Shown: positions 25,290 through 44,270 of the stretch, piece by piece | How the letters are laid out: every line of letters begins with the position of its first letter | How positions within the stretch are numbered: the first letter of the stretch is position 1 | DNA from: Eledone cirrhosa | Lineage: Eukaryota | Length of the DNA stretch: 64,000 nt | Assembly (NCBI GenBank): GCA_964016885.1 | Contig: OZ024740.1 | Coordinates: forward strand, 270,754,001-270,818,000 | Direction: 5' to 3' | Made by a program: the position numbers and the translations under genes | Notes under the pieces: generated by a model | Told to the model about the DNA's origin: nothing | The model's database searches: none | What the model saw: only the letters and a program-made list of their open reading frames with translations

Positions 25290-26301
25290 GAAAATGTGTG
25301 TAATCCTTGGTACAGTTAGGTATATTAAGACAGGGGGAAGAAAAAATGGCTTCACTTGTGCTTTCAACAAATTTATTTTCTTCACAAAATCCAAAAAGAA
25401 TTTTTCTTAAAAAAATTATTTTATAAATTAAGTTGTTGGTTGTTGGTTAGGTCTTAGGAGTTCTTGGTTAACGTAGGAGGTATTGTTTCGTTTTTAGAGA
25501 GACCTTTCACGCTGAGGTGCGCTTGTCAAACTGATGTGTATGTGGTGTGTTGTTCTATATATAGGGATTTAACATGTCTGTGGTGTGGTGGGGGTTTCTT
25601 TTCTCCCCCTTTAATAAGTGCATGGGTGTAGGTGTGTTGAAAAAGTGTTCATAGCAGTAATGAGTTGAGACGGTGAGTAGGGTTGGGTGGGGAGAAATGT
25701 AGCAAGTGCGGCCTGCCCCGGTCATTCTCGAAAAATTCCTTTATTCAGGGGAAAAAGCTTTTAGCATTGCTTTTGTGTTGAAAATGGTCACAGGCAAATC
25801 GCACCTGTCAAGTTTGTGAATAATTATGATATTTAGACTTTACATATCATGTTAGATGTCTGTATATTTTTTTCTGTAACATCATATTTTTTCTGTAACA
25901 TCATAATTTTTCCCTGTACCATTATAGTTTTTTTGAGTATTATATGATTTATATTTCCTCATTTATTATGTAACCCAGTATGAATCATTTTGTATATATT
26001 GTTTATGGTACTTGTTAATATAATGTTAACATTTTATCATTGTATTTCATTGTGACATCTATATTGTTTCTGTAAATTAACCGGGGATTATCTATTCTAC
26101 TTTATTATATTGTATTGAATTATATAATTTTGTTGTTTATTATTTGTTATAAGTGTTTCTTGTAATTATATCATATTATTGCCTCATGTATATTGGGTAG
26201 ATGTATTAGTATTATTTTCACTATTACCATGCTTATTTTTAATATTCAAACTTCTAATAGGGCTTAATTTCTGTGTAATAGAACATGGATATGTGTATTG
26301 T

Positions 26302-26337
<36 letters not shown>

Positions 26338-26672
26338 CATATATACATGTATATATTGTACCTTTTGATTTTTAATTTGGAATTTTAATGTTGGTATAAA
26401 TATATTATTATTATAATGTATTATATTGTGTTATATATAATTCCTGCTCTATATAATGAAATTTGTTTAGATTTAGGTTGGTGGCTTTGGACTATATTTG
26501 TAATATGGTTCTTAATGTTATCTGCATCCTTAGTTATTATAATTTTATTATTTTTATCTTTATTTTCATTTTTATTATCGTATATCTTTGCAAGACATTA
26601 GTGTATGTACACTCCATATTCTTCAGAGTTTCTGGCTTGTATCTGCCGATATTACCTCTTGTTGTTTTGATT

Positions 26673-26710
26673 GCCCTGATGAGTCCTTAATAGGACGAAA
26701 CATTGTCGGC
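26673..26710 (+). ncRNA. Minimal type I hammerhead ribozyme
   Basis: GCC-CTGATGA-GTCCT TAAT AGGAC-GAAACATTGTC-GGC; fully canonical core. Confidence 0.85.
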
Positions 26711-26833
26711 TAATAAAAACTTTTGATGTATTAAAGGATTCTTTGTTTTACTCTCTTAATATATATGTATATACGTATATATATGTGTATATATATCTAT
26801 CTATATATATATATGTATATATGTATATATATT

Positions 26834-26944
<111 letters not shown>

Positions 26945-27082
26945 GTATATATATATATATATATATATCTGTATATATATATATATATATATATCTGTAT
27001 ATATATATGTATATATATATATGTATATATATATATATGTATATATATATGTATATATATATATGTATATATATATATGTAT

Positions 27083-27169
<87 letters not shown>

Positions 27170-27615
27170 TAACATTTTCACAGGGACCCGCATCTTAGCA
27201 GAGGTGAATATATTGGGAGTCAGTGTGTTACAATGTTTAGACTTATAGGATGAAATTAAAAAATTAATAATCAATATTCAATATAAAAGAGGTTAGAAAA
27301 CTTAAAGTTAAACAGTTTAACATTTTCGGGTTGATATATCTAATAGTTCCAATTTGATCTGTAATTTAAAGGTACTATGTGGCGGTTAAAACACCGGCCG
27401 TGCTCCGTGCCCCAGGGCGAATTAGGCTACGCCGAGTATTTTCATTTACGGAAAGAAGGGGAAATTTTTTTTCCAAGCACTCCAGGTAAGCCCGTGCGCC
27501 AGGGTGCTGGTCGCGCCGCCATTAAAACCCACCCAGCAGTCCGACTGAATGTTGGAACCTTAAAATATTGCTTAACTTTATAGGATGAAGTTGAAAGAAT
27601 TCAAAATAACATTAT

Positions 27616-27676
<61 letters not shown>

Positions 27677-27741
27677 TAAGGTAATGAATTCTTTTACAAT
27701 GGAATCAGCTCGAATGAGGAAAAAATATCCCCTGAGCAGTG

Positions 27742-27872
27742 TATAAATTAATATGTAAGTGATGAAACACAGATACCAACACATCTGTATATATATTGCA
27801 AAAGAAAAATTTTCTTTTGCAATATATATACAGATGTGTTGGTATCTGTGTTTCATCACTTACATATTAATT

Positions 27873-27876
<4 letters not shown>
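27742..27876. repeat. Perfect palindrome (~67-bp arms, 1-nt spacer)
   Basis: Arms are reverse complements centred on 27809. Confidence 0.9.
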
Positions 27877-27926
<50 letters not shown>

Positions 27927-27945
27927 CAAATATATATATATATAA

Positions 27946-28003
<58 letters not shown>

Positions 28004-28032
28004 GTATATATATATATGTATATATATATATG

Positions 28033-28066
<34 letters not shown>

Positions 28067-28142
28067 TATGTATATAAATATATATATATGTATATATATA
28101 GATATGTATATATATATATATATATGTATATATATAGATATG

Positions 28143-28207
<65 letters not shown>

Positions 28208-28224
28208 GTATATATATATATACG

Positions 28225-28259
<35 letters not shown>

Positions 28260-28312
28260 GTATATATGTATATATATGTATATGTATATATAGATATATG
28301 TATATATATACA

Positions 28313-28363
<51 letters not shown>

Positions 28364-28455
28364 GTATATATATGTATATATATATATGTATATATATGTA
28401 TATGTATATGTATATATATATATATATGTATATGTATATATATATATGTATATGT

Positions 28456-29120
<665 letters not shown>

Positions 29121-29180
29121 GTTTTAATATAGATGAGATTCTACAGGACTAGAACTGTTTCATTCATTTGAAATCATCAG

Positions 29181-29233
29181 GAGATTCCTGATGATTTCAA
29201 ATGAATGAAACAGTTCTAGTCCTGTAGAATCTC
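29181..29233 (+). ncRNA. Type I hammerhead ribozyme within a palindrome (29120-29248)
   Basis: GAGATTC-CTGATGA-TTTCA AA TGAAT-GAAACAG..CTGTA-GAATCTC. Confidence 0.8.
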
Positions 29234-29314
29234 ATCTATATTAAAACTGTTATACTCTGCTATGTATTGAGTACCTTACTTACTGTGGTTACCTCCGATT
29301 CAACCCGGAATAAC

Positions 29315-29409
<95 letters not shown>

Positions 29410-29412
<3 letters not shown>

Positions 29413-29575
29413 GGACACACTAGAAGAGGAAGACCAAGGTTAACGTATGTTGATGCCCCCAGGACAGACACTGGTCTGTTGGAGATGCAGGACATGGCAG
29501 CGATAATGAGGGACAGAGACCGCTGGAGAGAACTCGTCCATCGATCTCGGGAATTTTACCCGCCTTAGATAGATA
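29410..29575 (+). mobile_element. RTE LINE 3' end
   Basis: [19 protein letters not shown]...MRDRDRWRE followed by a (TAGA)n tail. Confidence 0.75.
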
Positions 29576-29576
29576 G

Positions 29577-29662
<86 letters not shown>

Positions 29663-29731
29663 GTATATATATATGTATATATATATGTATATATATATAT
29701 ATGTATATATATATATGTATATATATATATG

Positions 29732-29762
<31 letters not shown>

Positions 29763-29815
29763 GTATATATATATATGTATATATATATATGTATATATAT
29801 ATATATACATATATG

Positions 29816-29848
<33 letters not shown>

Positions 29849-29910
29849 GTATATATATATGTATATATATATATATATATATATACATATATATATACAT
29901 ATATATATAC

Positions 29911-29967
<57 letters not shown>

Positions 29968-30356
29968 CATATCTATATATATATATATATATGTATATAC
30001 ATATATGTATATATGTATATATATATATATAATGTGTGTGTATGTATGTATATATACATATAATAGCCAGGAAAAAAGAATCAAGATTGCTTATTATATA
30101 CGTTCTATTGTCATATGACATGTGTTTCGTTCCGGATCAGCTCACGGGAAGGCCGTATTAACTGCATCCGTTACAACCGCTGATATCCGCTGAAAATACT
30201 CATGACGAAATCCACTACGATAGTTAAACCCATGTAAGAGTATCGAGTACTCAAATTGGTGCACCAGCTGTAACTAACGTTACACAGAACTATAAATATA
30301 TATATATATATATACGATATTAAATAAATGGAAATTATATTTATAAAACCATATTT

Positions 30357-30420
30357 ATTTCATTATATATATTTCAGGGATATCATATTAACAATATGTT
30401 ATGCCTTCTTCAGACAAAAT
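30357..30420 (-). ncRNA. Type I hammerhead ribozyme
   Basis: ATTTTGT-CTGAAGA-AGG..CATATT GTT AATATG..CCT-GAAATATATATA-ATGAAAT. Confidence 0.75.
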
Positions 30421-30526
30421 ACAATATAGACAGTTTTATAAATAAATAGATTTGACATACCTTTCAACATCGACTTGTATTTGAAAAGTTGATTTGGCAG
30501 TAAAAATATTATGGATAGTTGTAAAC

Positions 30527-30565
<39 letters not shown>

Positions 30566-31769
30566 AAAACGAAGAAAAAGAAGAAATGCATGCAACTAAA
30601 TAGAGAGAGATGGAAAGATAGATAAAGAGAAAAACTTCATGTAAAGAAACAGAGAGAGATATATAGAGAGAGGAAATAGATAGAGATAGATAGATATAGA
30701 TAGAGAAAAGTAGGTAGTTGAACATCAGTTGAATGACGTATCAATGATACATTTATTTATTTATTTATTTATTTAGCTCTAGTATTAATGTAAGGGAGAT
30801 ATATGTGGTTAGGAGAGAAAACAGCCGTTATATAGAGAGAAAAAAGAAAAATGAAAAGTAACCAGACATAGGCGAGGCAGAATTTAAAACACTATGTTTC
30901 AATGTAGAAATATTAGTTCGTATAAAAACAGGCACTATAATGTAAATATCAGTATTTATGAATGAGACACGTATCTATAATGTGTGAAAAGTAATGATCA
31001 TATGTCTAGTTTTAAGAATTCATATGTTTATATCATAACTATAAACATCGATGTGAATTTACGTGATCAGCTCTGCAAACTCCTATTTCACACGGAAAAC
31101 ATTCTCATTGTGCTATAAAAATTCAAGTATACATATATGTGTATATATACACACATATATATAGAGTCTATATTAATTTTAACAATACTATTCTTGTCTT
31201 TACTCTACATGATTATCGATCAAGCAGAAATAGAGAACAGATTTCAATATATTAATAAAAATAAAAATATCAGAAACAAAAACAAAAATAAAAATAAAAA
31301 TAATAAATAAATAAAACAGAAAACTAAAAAATATTAAATATTAAAAATAAAAATAAAAATATTAAAAATATTAAAAAAATATTAAAAAATAAAAAAATAT
31401 TAAAATAATAAAAAAATAAAAACATAGTATGCCCCGCAAATCGACCACAAAGATCAACCCTTCAAAGTTAATTGACAATATATTGCCAAGTTCATTATAA
31501 GCATCAGAGTCAAAAACAGATAAAACCAAAAATTATTTACCAAATCCCGTCTAGCAGAAATCATTTCAAAAGTTTAGGATACCCAATTGGTCTACATATG
31601 TTCTTATATTTAATATAGAAGTTTATCTAGTGTAACATTTATTCGATATATTTGGAGCATCAACTTTTAGGGTAGTTTAATTATTCATGAAGAATGTTTA
31701 AAATAAAAAGAAGAAATCGAAAGATTTATCGGCTAGTTTCATAAATAATTACAAATCAAACTAAATATA

Positions 31770-32564
31770 CTACATTTTAAATTTAAATTTATATTTAAAA
31801 GTTGAGTTCAATCTATGTCTGCAGCAACTGAATAAATTTGTCCGTAGATTAAGGGAATTTTTAGATTTTAGTATAAAGAATATCTCCTCCGCACAGAGGT
31901 CACATGTCTCAGAGGATGAATTAAAAGGGATCCCTCTTGAGACTATATTCCAAGCCGTCGAATATCTAACGTTATCATGCCTAAGTTGCCAGAGTACGCC
32001 TGATAGTGCTGTTGAAGATTTTTTGCTTGGATCTGTGAAAGAATTCTTGTGGTTATTATAGCGAAGTTTAAATTCCGTCGATGTGGAACCAACGTAGTTA
32101 AAAGAATTAAAGTCCGTTTTAACATTACAGTTGTATATTATATTTTTAACTAAGCAGTTGTTATTTAACGGACATTTCGATCTATCTCTACAGTTACATT
32201 TGTTAACTTGGATATTATTTATGCTATTATCGCTAGGTTTTAAGTTCCTATTATTTATTCTATTAATATTTTGTGCTAAATTTTTGGTGGATGAGTAGGT
32301 TAATTTTATAGTATGTCTATTGAAAATTGAGTGATACCTATGTGTTCTAGGGAAGCGATTATCAAGAGCTTTAAAAAATAGTTTAGCGATGTGGGTTTTA
32401 ATGTTTAGTGAGAAAGGGGGGGCAAACCATATTATATTCCTAGTTCTATTTCTTTTTTGGCTTTTGGAATTATTGTAATGCTTTCTATTATAGTTGTTAA
32501 GGTTGTGGCCGTAATTAAAATAGTTGTTATTTTGTTTAGTTTGTCTATCATTATCTATGTACAT
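31770..32564 (-). pseudogene. Truncated PLE ORF (thumb end, linker, GIY-YIG)
   Basis: IIWFAPPFS, CNCRDRSKCPL, IIYNC..NYVGSTSTEFKLRYNNH, CDLC..E, CRH. Confidence 0.9.
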
Positions 32565-32695
32565 AATTTTATCACTATATCCTGCTCTAGCTAACGCTTC
32601 ATTGTAGTACTGGGCTTTTTCGTCGAAAATCTTTCGACAAAAAAGCCCAGTACTACAATGAAGCGTTAGCTAGAGCAGGATATAGTGATAAAATT

Positions 32696-33490
32696 ATGTA
32701 CATAGATAATGATAGACAAACTAAACAAAATAACAACTATTTTAATTACGGCCACAACCTTAACAACTATAATAGAAAGCATTACAATAATTCCAAAAGC
32801 CAAAAAAGAAATAGAACTAGGAATATAATATGGTTTGCCCCCCCTTTCTCACTAAACATTAAAACCCACATCGCTAAACTATTTTTTAAAGCTCTTGATA
32901 ATCGCTTCCCTAGAACACATAGGTATCACTCAATTTTCAATAGACATACTATAAAATTAACCTACTCATCCACCAAAAATTTAGCACAAAATATTAATAG
33001 AATAAATAATAGGAACTTAAAACCTAGCGATAATAGCATAAATAATATCCAAGTTAACAAATGTAACTGTAGAGATAGATCGAAATGTCCGTTAAATAAC
33101 AACTGCTTAGTTAAAAATATAATATACAACTGTAATGTTAAAACGGACTTTAATTCTTTTAACTACGTTGGTTCCACATCGACGGAATTTAAACTTCGCT
33201 ATAATAACCACAAGAATTCTTTCACAGATCCAAGCAAAAAATCTTCAACAGCACTATCAGGCGTACTCTGGCAACTTAGGCATGATAACGTTAGATATTC
33301 GACGGCTTGGAATATAGTCTCAAGAGGGATCTCTTTTAATTCATCCTCTGAGACATGTGACCTCTGTGCGGAGGAGATATTCTTTATACTAAAATCTAAA
33401 AATTCCCTTAATCTACGGACAAATTTATTCAGTTGCTGCAGACATAGATTGAACTCAACTTTTAAATATAAATTTAAATTTAAAATGTAG
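32696..33490 (+). pseudogene. Truncated PLE ORF, mirror copy
   Basis: Same 264 aa with one difference (GIP vs GIS). Confidence 0.9.
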
Positions 33491-34695
33491 TATATTTAGT
33501 TTGATTTGTAATTATTTATGAAACTAGCCGATAAATCTTTCGATTTCTTCTTTTTATTTTAAACATTCTTCATGAATAATTAAACTACCCTAAAAGTTGA
33601 TGCTCCAAATATATCGAATAAATGTTACACTAGATAAACTTCTATATTAAATATAAGAACATATGTAGACCAATTGGGTATCCTAAACTTTTGAAATGAT
33701 TTCTGCTAGACGGGATTTGGTAAATAATTTTTGGTTTTATCTGTTTTTGACTCTGATGCTTATAATGAACTTGGCAATATATTGTCAATTAACTTTGAAG
33801 GGTTGATCTTTGTGGTCGATTTGCGGGGCATACTATGTTTTTATTTTTTTATTATTTTAATATTTTTTTTATTTTTTAATATTTTTTTAATATTTTTAAT
33901 ATTTTTATTTTTATTTTTAATATTTAATATTTTTTAGTTTTCTGTTTTATTTATTTATTATTTTTATTTTTACTTTTGTTTTTGTTTCTGATATTTTTAT
34001 TTTTATTAATATATTGAAATCTGTTCTCTATTTCTGCTTGATCGATAATCATGTAGAGTAAAGACAAGAATGGTATTGTTAAAATTAATATAGACTCTAT
34101 ATATATGTGTGTATATATACACATATATGTATACTTGAATTTTTATAGCACAATGAGAATGTTTTCCGTGTGAAATAGGAGTTTGCAGAGCTGATCACGT
34201 AAATTCACATCGATGTTTATAGTTATGATATAAACATATGAATTCTTAAAACTAGACATATGATCATTACTTTTCACACATTATAGATACGTGTCTCATT
34301 CATAAATACTGATATTTACATTATAATGCCTGTTTTTATACGAACTAATATTTCTACATTGAAACATAGTGTTTTAAATTCTGCCTCGCCTATGTCTGGT
34401 TACTTTTCATTTTTCTTTTTTCTCTCTATATAACGGCTGTTTTCTCTCCTAACCACATATATCTCCCTTACATTAATACTAGAGCTAAATAAATAAATAA
34501 ATAAATAAATGTATCATTGATACGTCATTCAACTGATGTTCAACTACCTACTTTTCTTTATCTATATCTATCTATCTCTATCTATTTCCTCTCTCTATAT
34601 ATCTCTCTCTGTTTCTTTACATGAAGTTTTTCTCTTTATCTATCTTTCTATCTCTCTCTATTTAGTTGCATGCATTTCTTCTTTTTCTTCGTTTT

Positions 34696-34730
<35 letters not shown>

Positions 34731-34836
34731 GTTTACAACTGTCCATAATATTTTTACTGCCAAATCAACTTTTCAAATGCAAGTCGATGTTGAAAGGTAT
34801 GTCAAATCTATTTATTTATAAGACTGTCTATATTGT

Positions 34837-34900
34837 ATTTTGTCTGAAGAAGGCATAACATATTGTTAATATGATATCCCTGAAATATATATAATGAAAT
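34837..34900 (+). ncRNA. Type I hammerhead ribozyme (mirror copy)
   Basis: Reverse complement of 30357-30420. Confidence 0.75.
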
Positions 34901-35028
34901 AAATATGGTTTTATAAATATAATTTCCATTTATTTAATATCGTAAATATACTCCAAATACTTGTTGAGTGCTTTTATATCAGTTATAAATATTTACTCGT
35001 TGTAACCCAACAATTTAAATATAACTTT

Positions 35029-35077
<49 letters not shown>

Positions 35078-35533
35078 TCAAGAAAGAAGAGTGACACGGT
35101 TTGCTATACAAAAAAAGTTTATTATTACTCCAAGTGTCTACAGCATAGGAATTACAGCGTACTCGCAGCATCACTATGGGAACGCTTTGTTGAGTCAAAC
35201 TTAGCCAAGCGTTGATATCATCCACTACCCGGAGTACCATAACTGGACTACGACTACACCTAAGTGGACTACATATAACAATAATTTGTTACCCCGTATA
35301 TATATATATATATATCAAGCGTTAACCTAATATATTCCTTCCATATACTGTACAGATTGTGTTGTTATTTATGTTTACCTTTTACATACATATACATATA
35401 TATATATATATATATAATGTCGCATCCATTACAGCCTGTAAATACTAAACTGTTGTTCCCAACATCAATATATATGTATCTATATGATTGTTCAGTTGAA
35501 TAGGAGGTTAATTATATGTACACACATTGATAA

Positions 35534-35580
35534 TGCTCCGATGATACCAAACTAAAGTTTGGAAGAAACAATTGTCAGCG
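35534..35580 (+). ncRNA. Type I hammerhead ribozyme (CCGATGA core)
   Basis: TGCT-CCGATGA-TA-CCAAAC TAAA GTTTGG-AA-GAAACAATTGTC-AGCG. Confidence 0.7.
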
Positions 35581-35616
35581 ATTAAATGATTTGAACATAA
35601 GTGTGATACTTGTGTA

Positions 35617-35683
<67 letters not shown>

Positions 35684-35684
<1 letters not shown>

Positions 35685-36395
35685 CAGATGCAGAGAACGT
35701 AACGTGATCTACCAATGCAACGTGAGGATGGAAAACTCCAACAGAGCCTATATAGGATTAACAGCTTGTGACTTTAAGACCCGGCTCTACCAACACCGAC
35801 ATACGTTCCGAAACCCGGCCCGGTGACATGCCACCACACTTTTGGGCCACATCTGGGACCTGCAACGTAATAACATAACATACCATCTTACTTGGAGCTT
35901 ACTGTGCAGGACTAACTCCTACACGGGAGGACGCCGTCCGTGTAACTTATGCTCGGAGGAAACAATACAAATGCTGTTTACGAAGGACCAACTCCTAAAC
36001 AAAAAAGACGAACTTGTAATGGCATGTAAACACCGATTGCGTAGGACTTACCTCGCCCTCAAACCCCCTCATGATCCAGGTGGGTAGACAACAGCTGAAA
36101 CATCCTTCTTTTCCCCACTTTCCGAACAATATAGGGGAAACACCAGCATACATAGGTAAATGTACTTCTTTCTTTTTCCCTCTTTCTCGACTTATCACTT
36201 CCTTCCGCCCCCTCTCCTCTTTCTTTTCCATTTTCCTCTTTAGCCTACCCTGAGGCAGCCCATCGGGCTTCTGTAGCCTCAGTACCCCCACCCCAGTAAA
36301 TTATATATAGCTTTGGCTGAAAACGCAATACCACCTAAAAATATAGCAGCTGCTTTAGACTCTGTAGGTTTATTTTATTATTCTTTTAATATTTA
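35684..36395 (+). mobile_element. PLE GIY-YIG remnant
   Basis: NVIYQCNV..AYIGLTACDFKTRLYQH..HIWDL..CNLCSEE..LLNKKDELVMACKH; internal stop. Confidence 0.8.
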
Positions 36396-36423
36396 ACGCA
36401 CACACACACACACACACACACAC

Positions 36424-36473
<50 letters not shown>

Positions 36474-36934
36474 CGAAGGAAGTGTGGTAAGGAACCAGAT
36501 GGACCATAACGCACCAAAGTACTCAATACTTAGGGTAGTAGAGTGGGTAATAGGAACGAGTGGGGTCCTAATCGTTCCTATATATATATATATATTCGTA
36601 GTTAACGGCTGAAGGAAAAGAGTACTTAATACCGAAGTGGAGTTTAAATATTTATTTTATTAAGGCTAAATAGTGAGTCTTGTTATTCTAGAGTTTCACT
36701 TGCTTATCATAGGATCATACAGGATCATCTTGCCTGATGACTGTGATAGGAGGTGAAACTCCAGTGTAACAAAACTCAGTATTTAGCCTTAATAAAACGA
36801 ATATATATATGTGTGTGTGTGGGGTGGTGTATGGGTGTGTATTCGTTTAAGTGTAAGTACTGGGTTTTGTTACACTGGAGTTTCACCTGCTTATCATACG
36901 GTCATTTTATAGATATGTATATAGATATCTATAT

Positions 36935-37070
36935 AAAGACCAACGGAAACATTGTTCCATCGGTCCGATTTGACGAAAGTCGATCGTCCTTTAAAAATAT
37001 ATATATATTTTTAAAGGACGATCGACTTTCGTCAAATCGGACCGATGGAACAATGTTTCCGTTGGTCTTT
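36935..37070. repeat. Perfect palindrome centred on a short (TA)n
   Basis: AAAGACCAACGG...TTTAAAA(AT)nTTTTAAA...CCGTTGGTCTTT. Confidence 0.9.
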
Positions 37071-37109
37071 CCAATTGCTAATACTATCTATCGGTCGCAA
37101 CTCCAGGTA

Positions 37110-38330
<1,221 letters not shown>

Positions 38331-38486
38331 ATATATATTTATATATATATATCCACACACACACATATATATATATATACCGAAAATGAAATAGTTCAAT
38401 ATATATGTATAAACACACATATATATATATATATATACATATATATATAATATAAGATCAAAAGATGGTTAAAGGAGTTCCATGTA

Positions 38487-38553
38487 TTTTATTATGCGCA
38501 TTTCAAAAACAAACATCATCATGCAATAATATTTGTGTTTTCATCAGATAAAA
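38487..38553 (-). ncRNA. Type I hammerhead ribozyme
   Basis: TTTTAT-CTGATGA-AAACAC..GTTTTT-GAAATGCGCATA-ATAAAA; its tail is duplicated inverted at ~38597-38647. Confidence 0.75.
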
Positions 38554-39089
38554 CAGGAGAACATGATATGAAGGCTAAAAAACACTTGTGGATAGTGCAT
38601 AATAAAATACATGGAACTCCTTTAACCATCTTTTGATCTTATATTATGTATACTCCAGTCCTACAAACTGTAGAGTGCTTCTTATCCGATATCTGCATTG
38701 CTTTATTGTACTACAATAAAACTCACCTCCTACATATATATATATATATATATATACGTATATATGCGTGTGTTTTTATACATATATATTGAACTATATC
38801 ATTTTTCGGTGATATGTTAATTATACAAGACACAGAAGAAAGTACAATAACAATACGTCTTCAATGTTAAATGTTTTATTGTCTTTTCTTTGATATAAAA
38901 ATATAACAAAAACGAATAAAGGCGAGAACAGCAGTTATTTGCAACTGTTAAAAGCGTGTTGATGAATGGATTCATTCGGAGCCATGGGGAGCAGCTGAAA
39001 TATATATAAACATATATATATATACATATTTACATGAAATGTTTAAAGGAATAATCAAATAACTCAGCCAAAATGATAAATTCATATTA

Positions 39090-39470
39090 ATAATAGTTTC
39101 TACATTTGGCACAAGGCCAGCTACTACCCAGTACATTACTGGTACTTTATTTTATCGACCCCGTAAGGATGAAAGGCAAAGTTAACCGCGGCAGGATTTG
39201 AACGCAGAACGTAAAGGGCCATGACTCTATGCTGTGAAGCATGGTGGCTGACACCCTACCGATTCTGCTAATTCACCGCCCTTCATATTAATAATTGTTT
39301 CTACTTTTGGCGCAAGGCCAGCAATTACCCAGTACATTACTGGTACTTTATTTTATCGACCTCGTAAGGATGAAAGGCAAAGTTAACCTCGGCGGGATTT
39401 GAACTCAGAATTGCAAGGGCCGTAACTCTATGGCGTCCGAACCTCTACCGATACTGTCAATCCACCGCCC
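39090..39470 (-). mobile_element. Two tandem tRNA-derived SINE copies
   Basis: ~39090-39282 and ~39290-39470, both with A/B boxes and the family core. Confidence 0.8.
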
Positions 39471-40759
39471 TTTGAACATTAATAATGCAACTATATCATA
39501 TATACACATACAATGTGTGTGTATGTGTGTTGTGTCTAAATTAGAATTCATTTTGTTATTGATTCAAACTGAACAGAATTATATAGACATTCCAATATGG
39601 CCAACCACCCGCATAGCCGCGTGAGAGCCGCGAATTATTTCACTAGCACCAGAATGTCATACACTAGTATGATAGGGATAAAAATCTGCTGAAGACTTTG
39701 CCTCAGTCCCGTTGTTTCTGTAATTGGTGTAAGTGTGCAGTTATACTATTAACTACATATACAGGTTTTGCATTAGAAATCGCTAACCGACCGAGTAACC
39801 TTGCTTTCACCTGGGTATTTATTGTTGTCTTCTATCCAAACTCCTGTTGTCGTTTAGCTCCAGTTCAGTCGTATATAAGTAGGTCTATGATTAAAGGTTA
39901 TTCAAGTCAAGACCATTCCATTTTATGCCATTTGGAAGGCATATGCCTCAGATTTATAGTAGATAACTGACATTGTATAGGACATCCCCTTTTCTCGTAT
40001 ATATTTTGTAATTAGAGTGCCAGTAAAAAATTTCTTATTCAAGTAATGTTTTGAGGGATTCAACTATACAGACCAATGGTCTCTGTAGTTATACAAAGGT
40101 TGAAATTGAAATTATTGCAGCCAGCTGAAGAACGTTAGTTAATTACTTCATGTTTCTGCTGCTTAAATCTGCCAACAATATTGCACCTTTCAGATATTTA
40201 TTTACAGTTAAATACATTGGAGTAGAGAACGCCAAGTATTCAGGTCAAGAAAACATCGCAGTTTATGCTTTTGCGATCTTGTCCGCCGGGCGCAGCCCCG
40301 ATACCACTGTGATCATAGAGCCCTTGTCTTTTCCGTTTTTATAACCACAAAGGATACTTGCATTTTTACATTATATTTTTGTTTTATTACCTAAGAAGAG
40401 CTGGATAGCGAACATAAATTATTTTTGATTAACAGAGTATCATTAGCTGATCCTAAATCCTAATATCCAAAAAATGTTTGATGCTGCCAATGCAAAATCA
40501 ATTTCAAATTTTGAAAACATTAAAATAAATAGGGTCTAATTTTAATCGTTTAGCTAAAATGACATATTATACTTACTTTCTTTATACATCACTGCAGGAA
40601 GCTTACGATCTGAAAATATAAGAGGGAACAGTAAAAACGAGAGAAAGAGGAAGTATTAAGTGTTAATAGATTACATAAGAGACACTAATAGTGTTTTACT
40701 TAAGGATGAGGCATTCTGTCTTATCAGCATGTGTATAGTCAATTTAAAGAATCGCATTA

Positions 40760-41097
40760 TCTATATCAAAGGCGGGTAAAATTCCCGAGATCCATGGACG
40801 AGTTCTCTCCAGCGGTCTCTGTCCCTCATTATCGCTGCCATGTCCTGCGTCTCCAACAGACCAGTGTCTGTCCTTAGGGCATCAACATACGTTAACCTTG
40901 GTCTTCTTCTTCTGTAGTGGAGTCTGTATGGTGGATGGGTGCTACACGAGAATGTTGAGGATGACTCTGAACATTAATCAGTATACACTGAGGATGAAAA
41001 ACTCAGAGCTGTATGGGAGCATCCCAAGAGTCAGCTCAAAAGTGACACAGAGGAGACTGAGGTTAGCTGGACATGCTCACCGACATCCAGAGTTAAC

Positions 41098-41100
<3 letters not shown>
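40760..41100 (-). mobile_element. RTE LINE insertion with 5' inversion
   Basis: 40760-40915 is the minus-strand 3' end (same as 29410-29575); 40920-41100 on plus encodes DGCYTRMLR...[15 protein letters not shown]. Confidence 0.8.
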
Positions 41101-41165
<65 letters not shown>

Positions 41166-41167
<2 letters not shown>

Positions 41168-41239
41168 GGATGAACCGAAAAATGTATACACACTTCAACA
41201 ACACTCTAATAAATATGTGTATACATTTTTGGTGACACC

Positions 41240-41242
<3 letters not shown>
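41166..41242. mobile_element. Tiny Tc1/mariner-type MITE
   Basis: Imperfect TIRs C.GG.TG...AAAAATGTATACACA, TA on both flanks. Confidence 0.6.

Positions 41243-44270
<3,028 letters not shown>

Larger units (their letters stand above)
30313..35030. mobile_element. Fold-back (head-to-head) duplicated 3' half of a Hydra-like PLE
   Basis: 30313-32628 is the reverse complement of 32632-34944 with a few substitutions; TA-flanked. Confidence 0.92.

Noticed and set aside
25497-25535. Minus-strand U3-A8 hammerhead-like motif (TTGACAA-GCGC..GCGT-GAAAGGTC)
   Set aside because: Stem I and stem III do not pair convincingly; at best a decayed copy
30313-34944. Assembly artefact explanation for the large palindrome
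   Set aside because: Arms differ by several substitutions and a microsatellite unit, and the apex matches a native hairpin; still worth confirming with reads
40220-40360. GC-richer island as a possible exon or snRNA
   Set aside because: No recognisable protein motif, Sm site or convincing splice context
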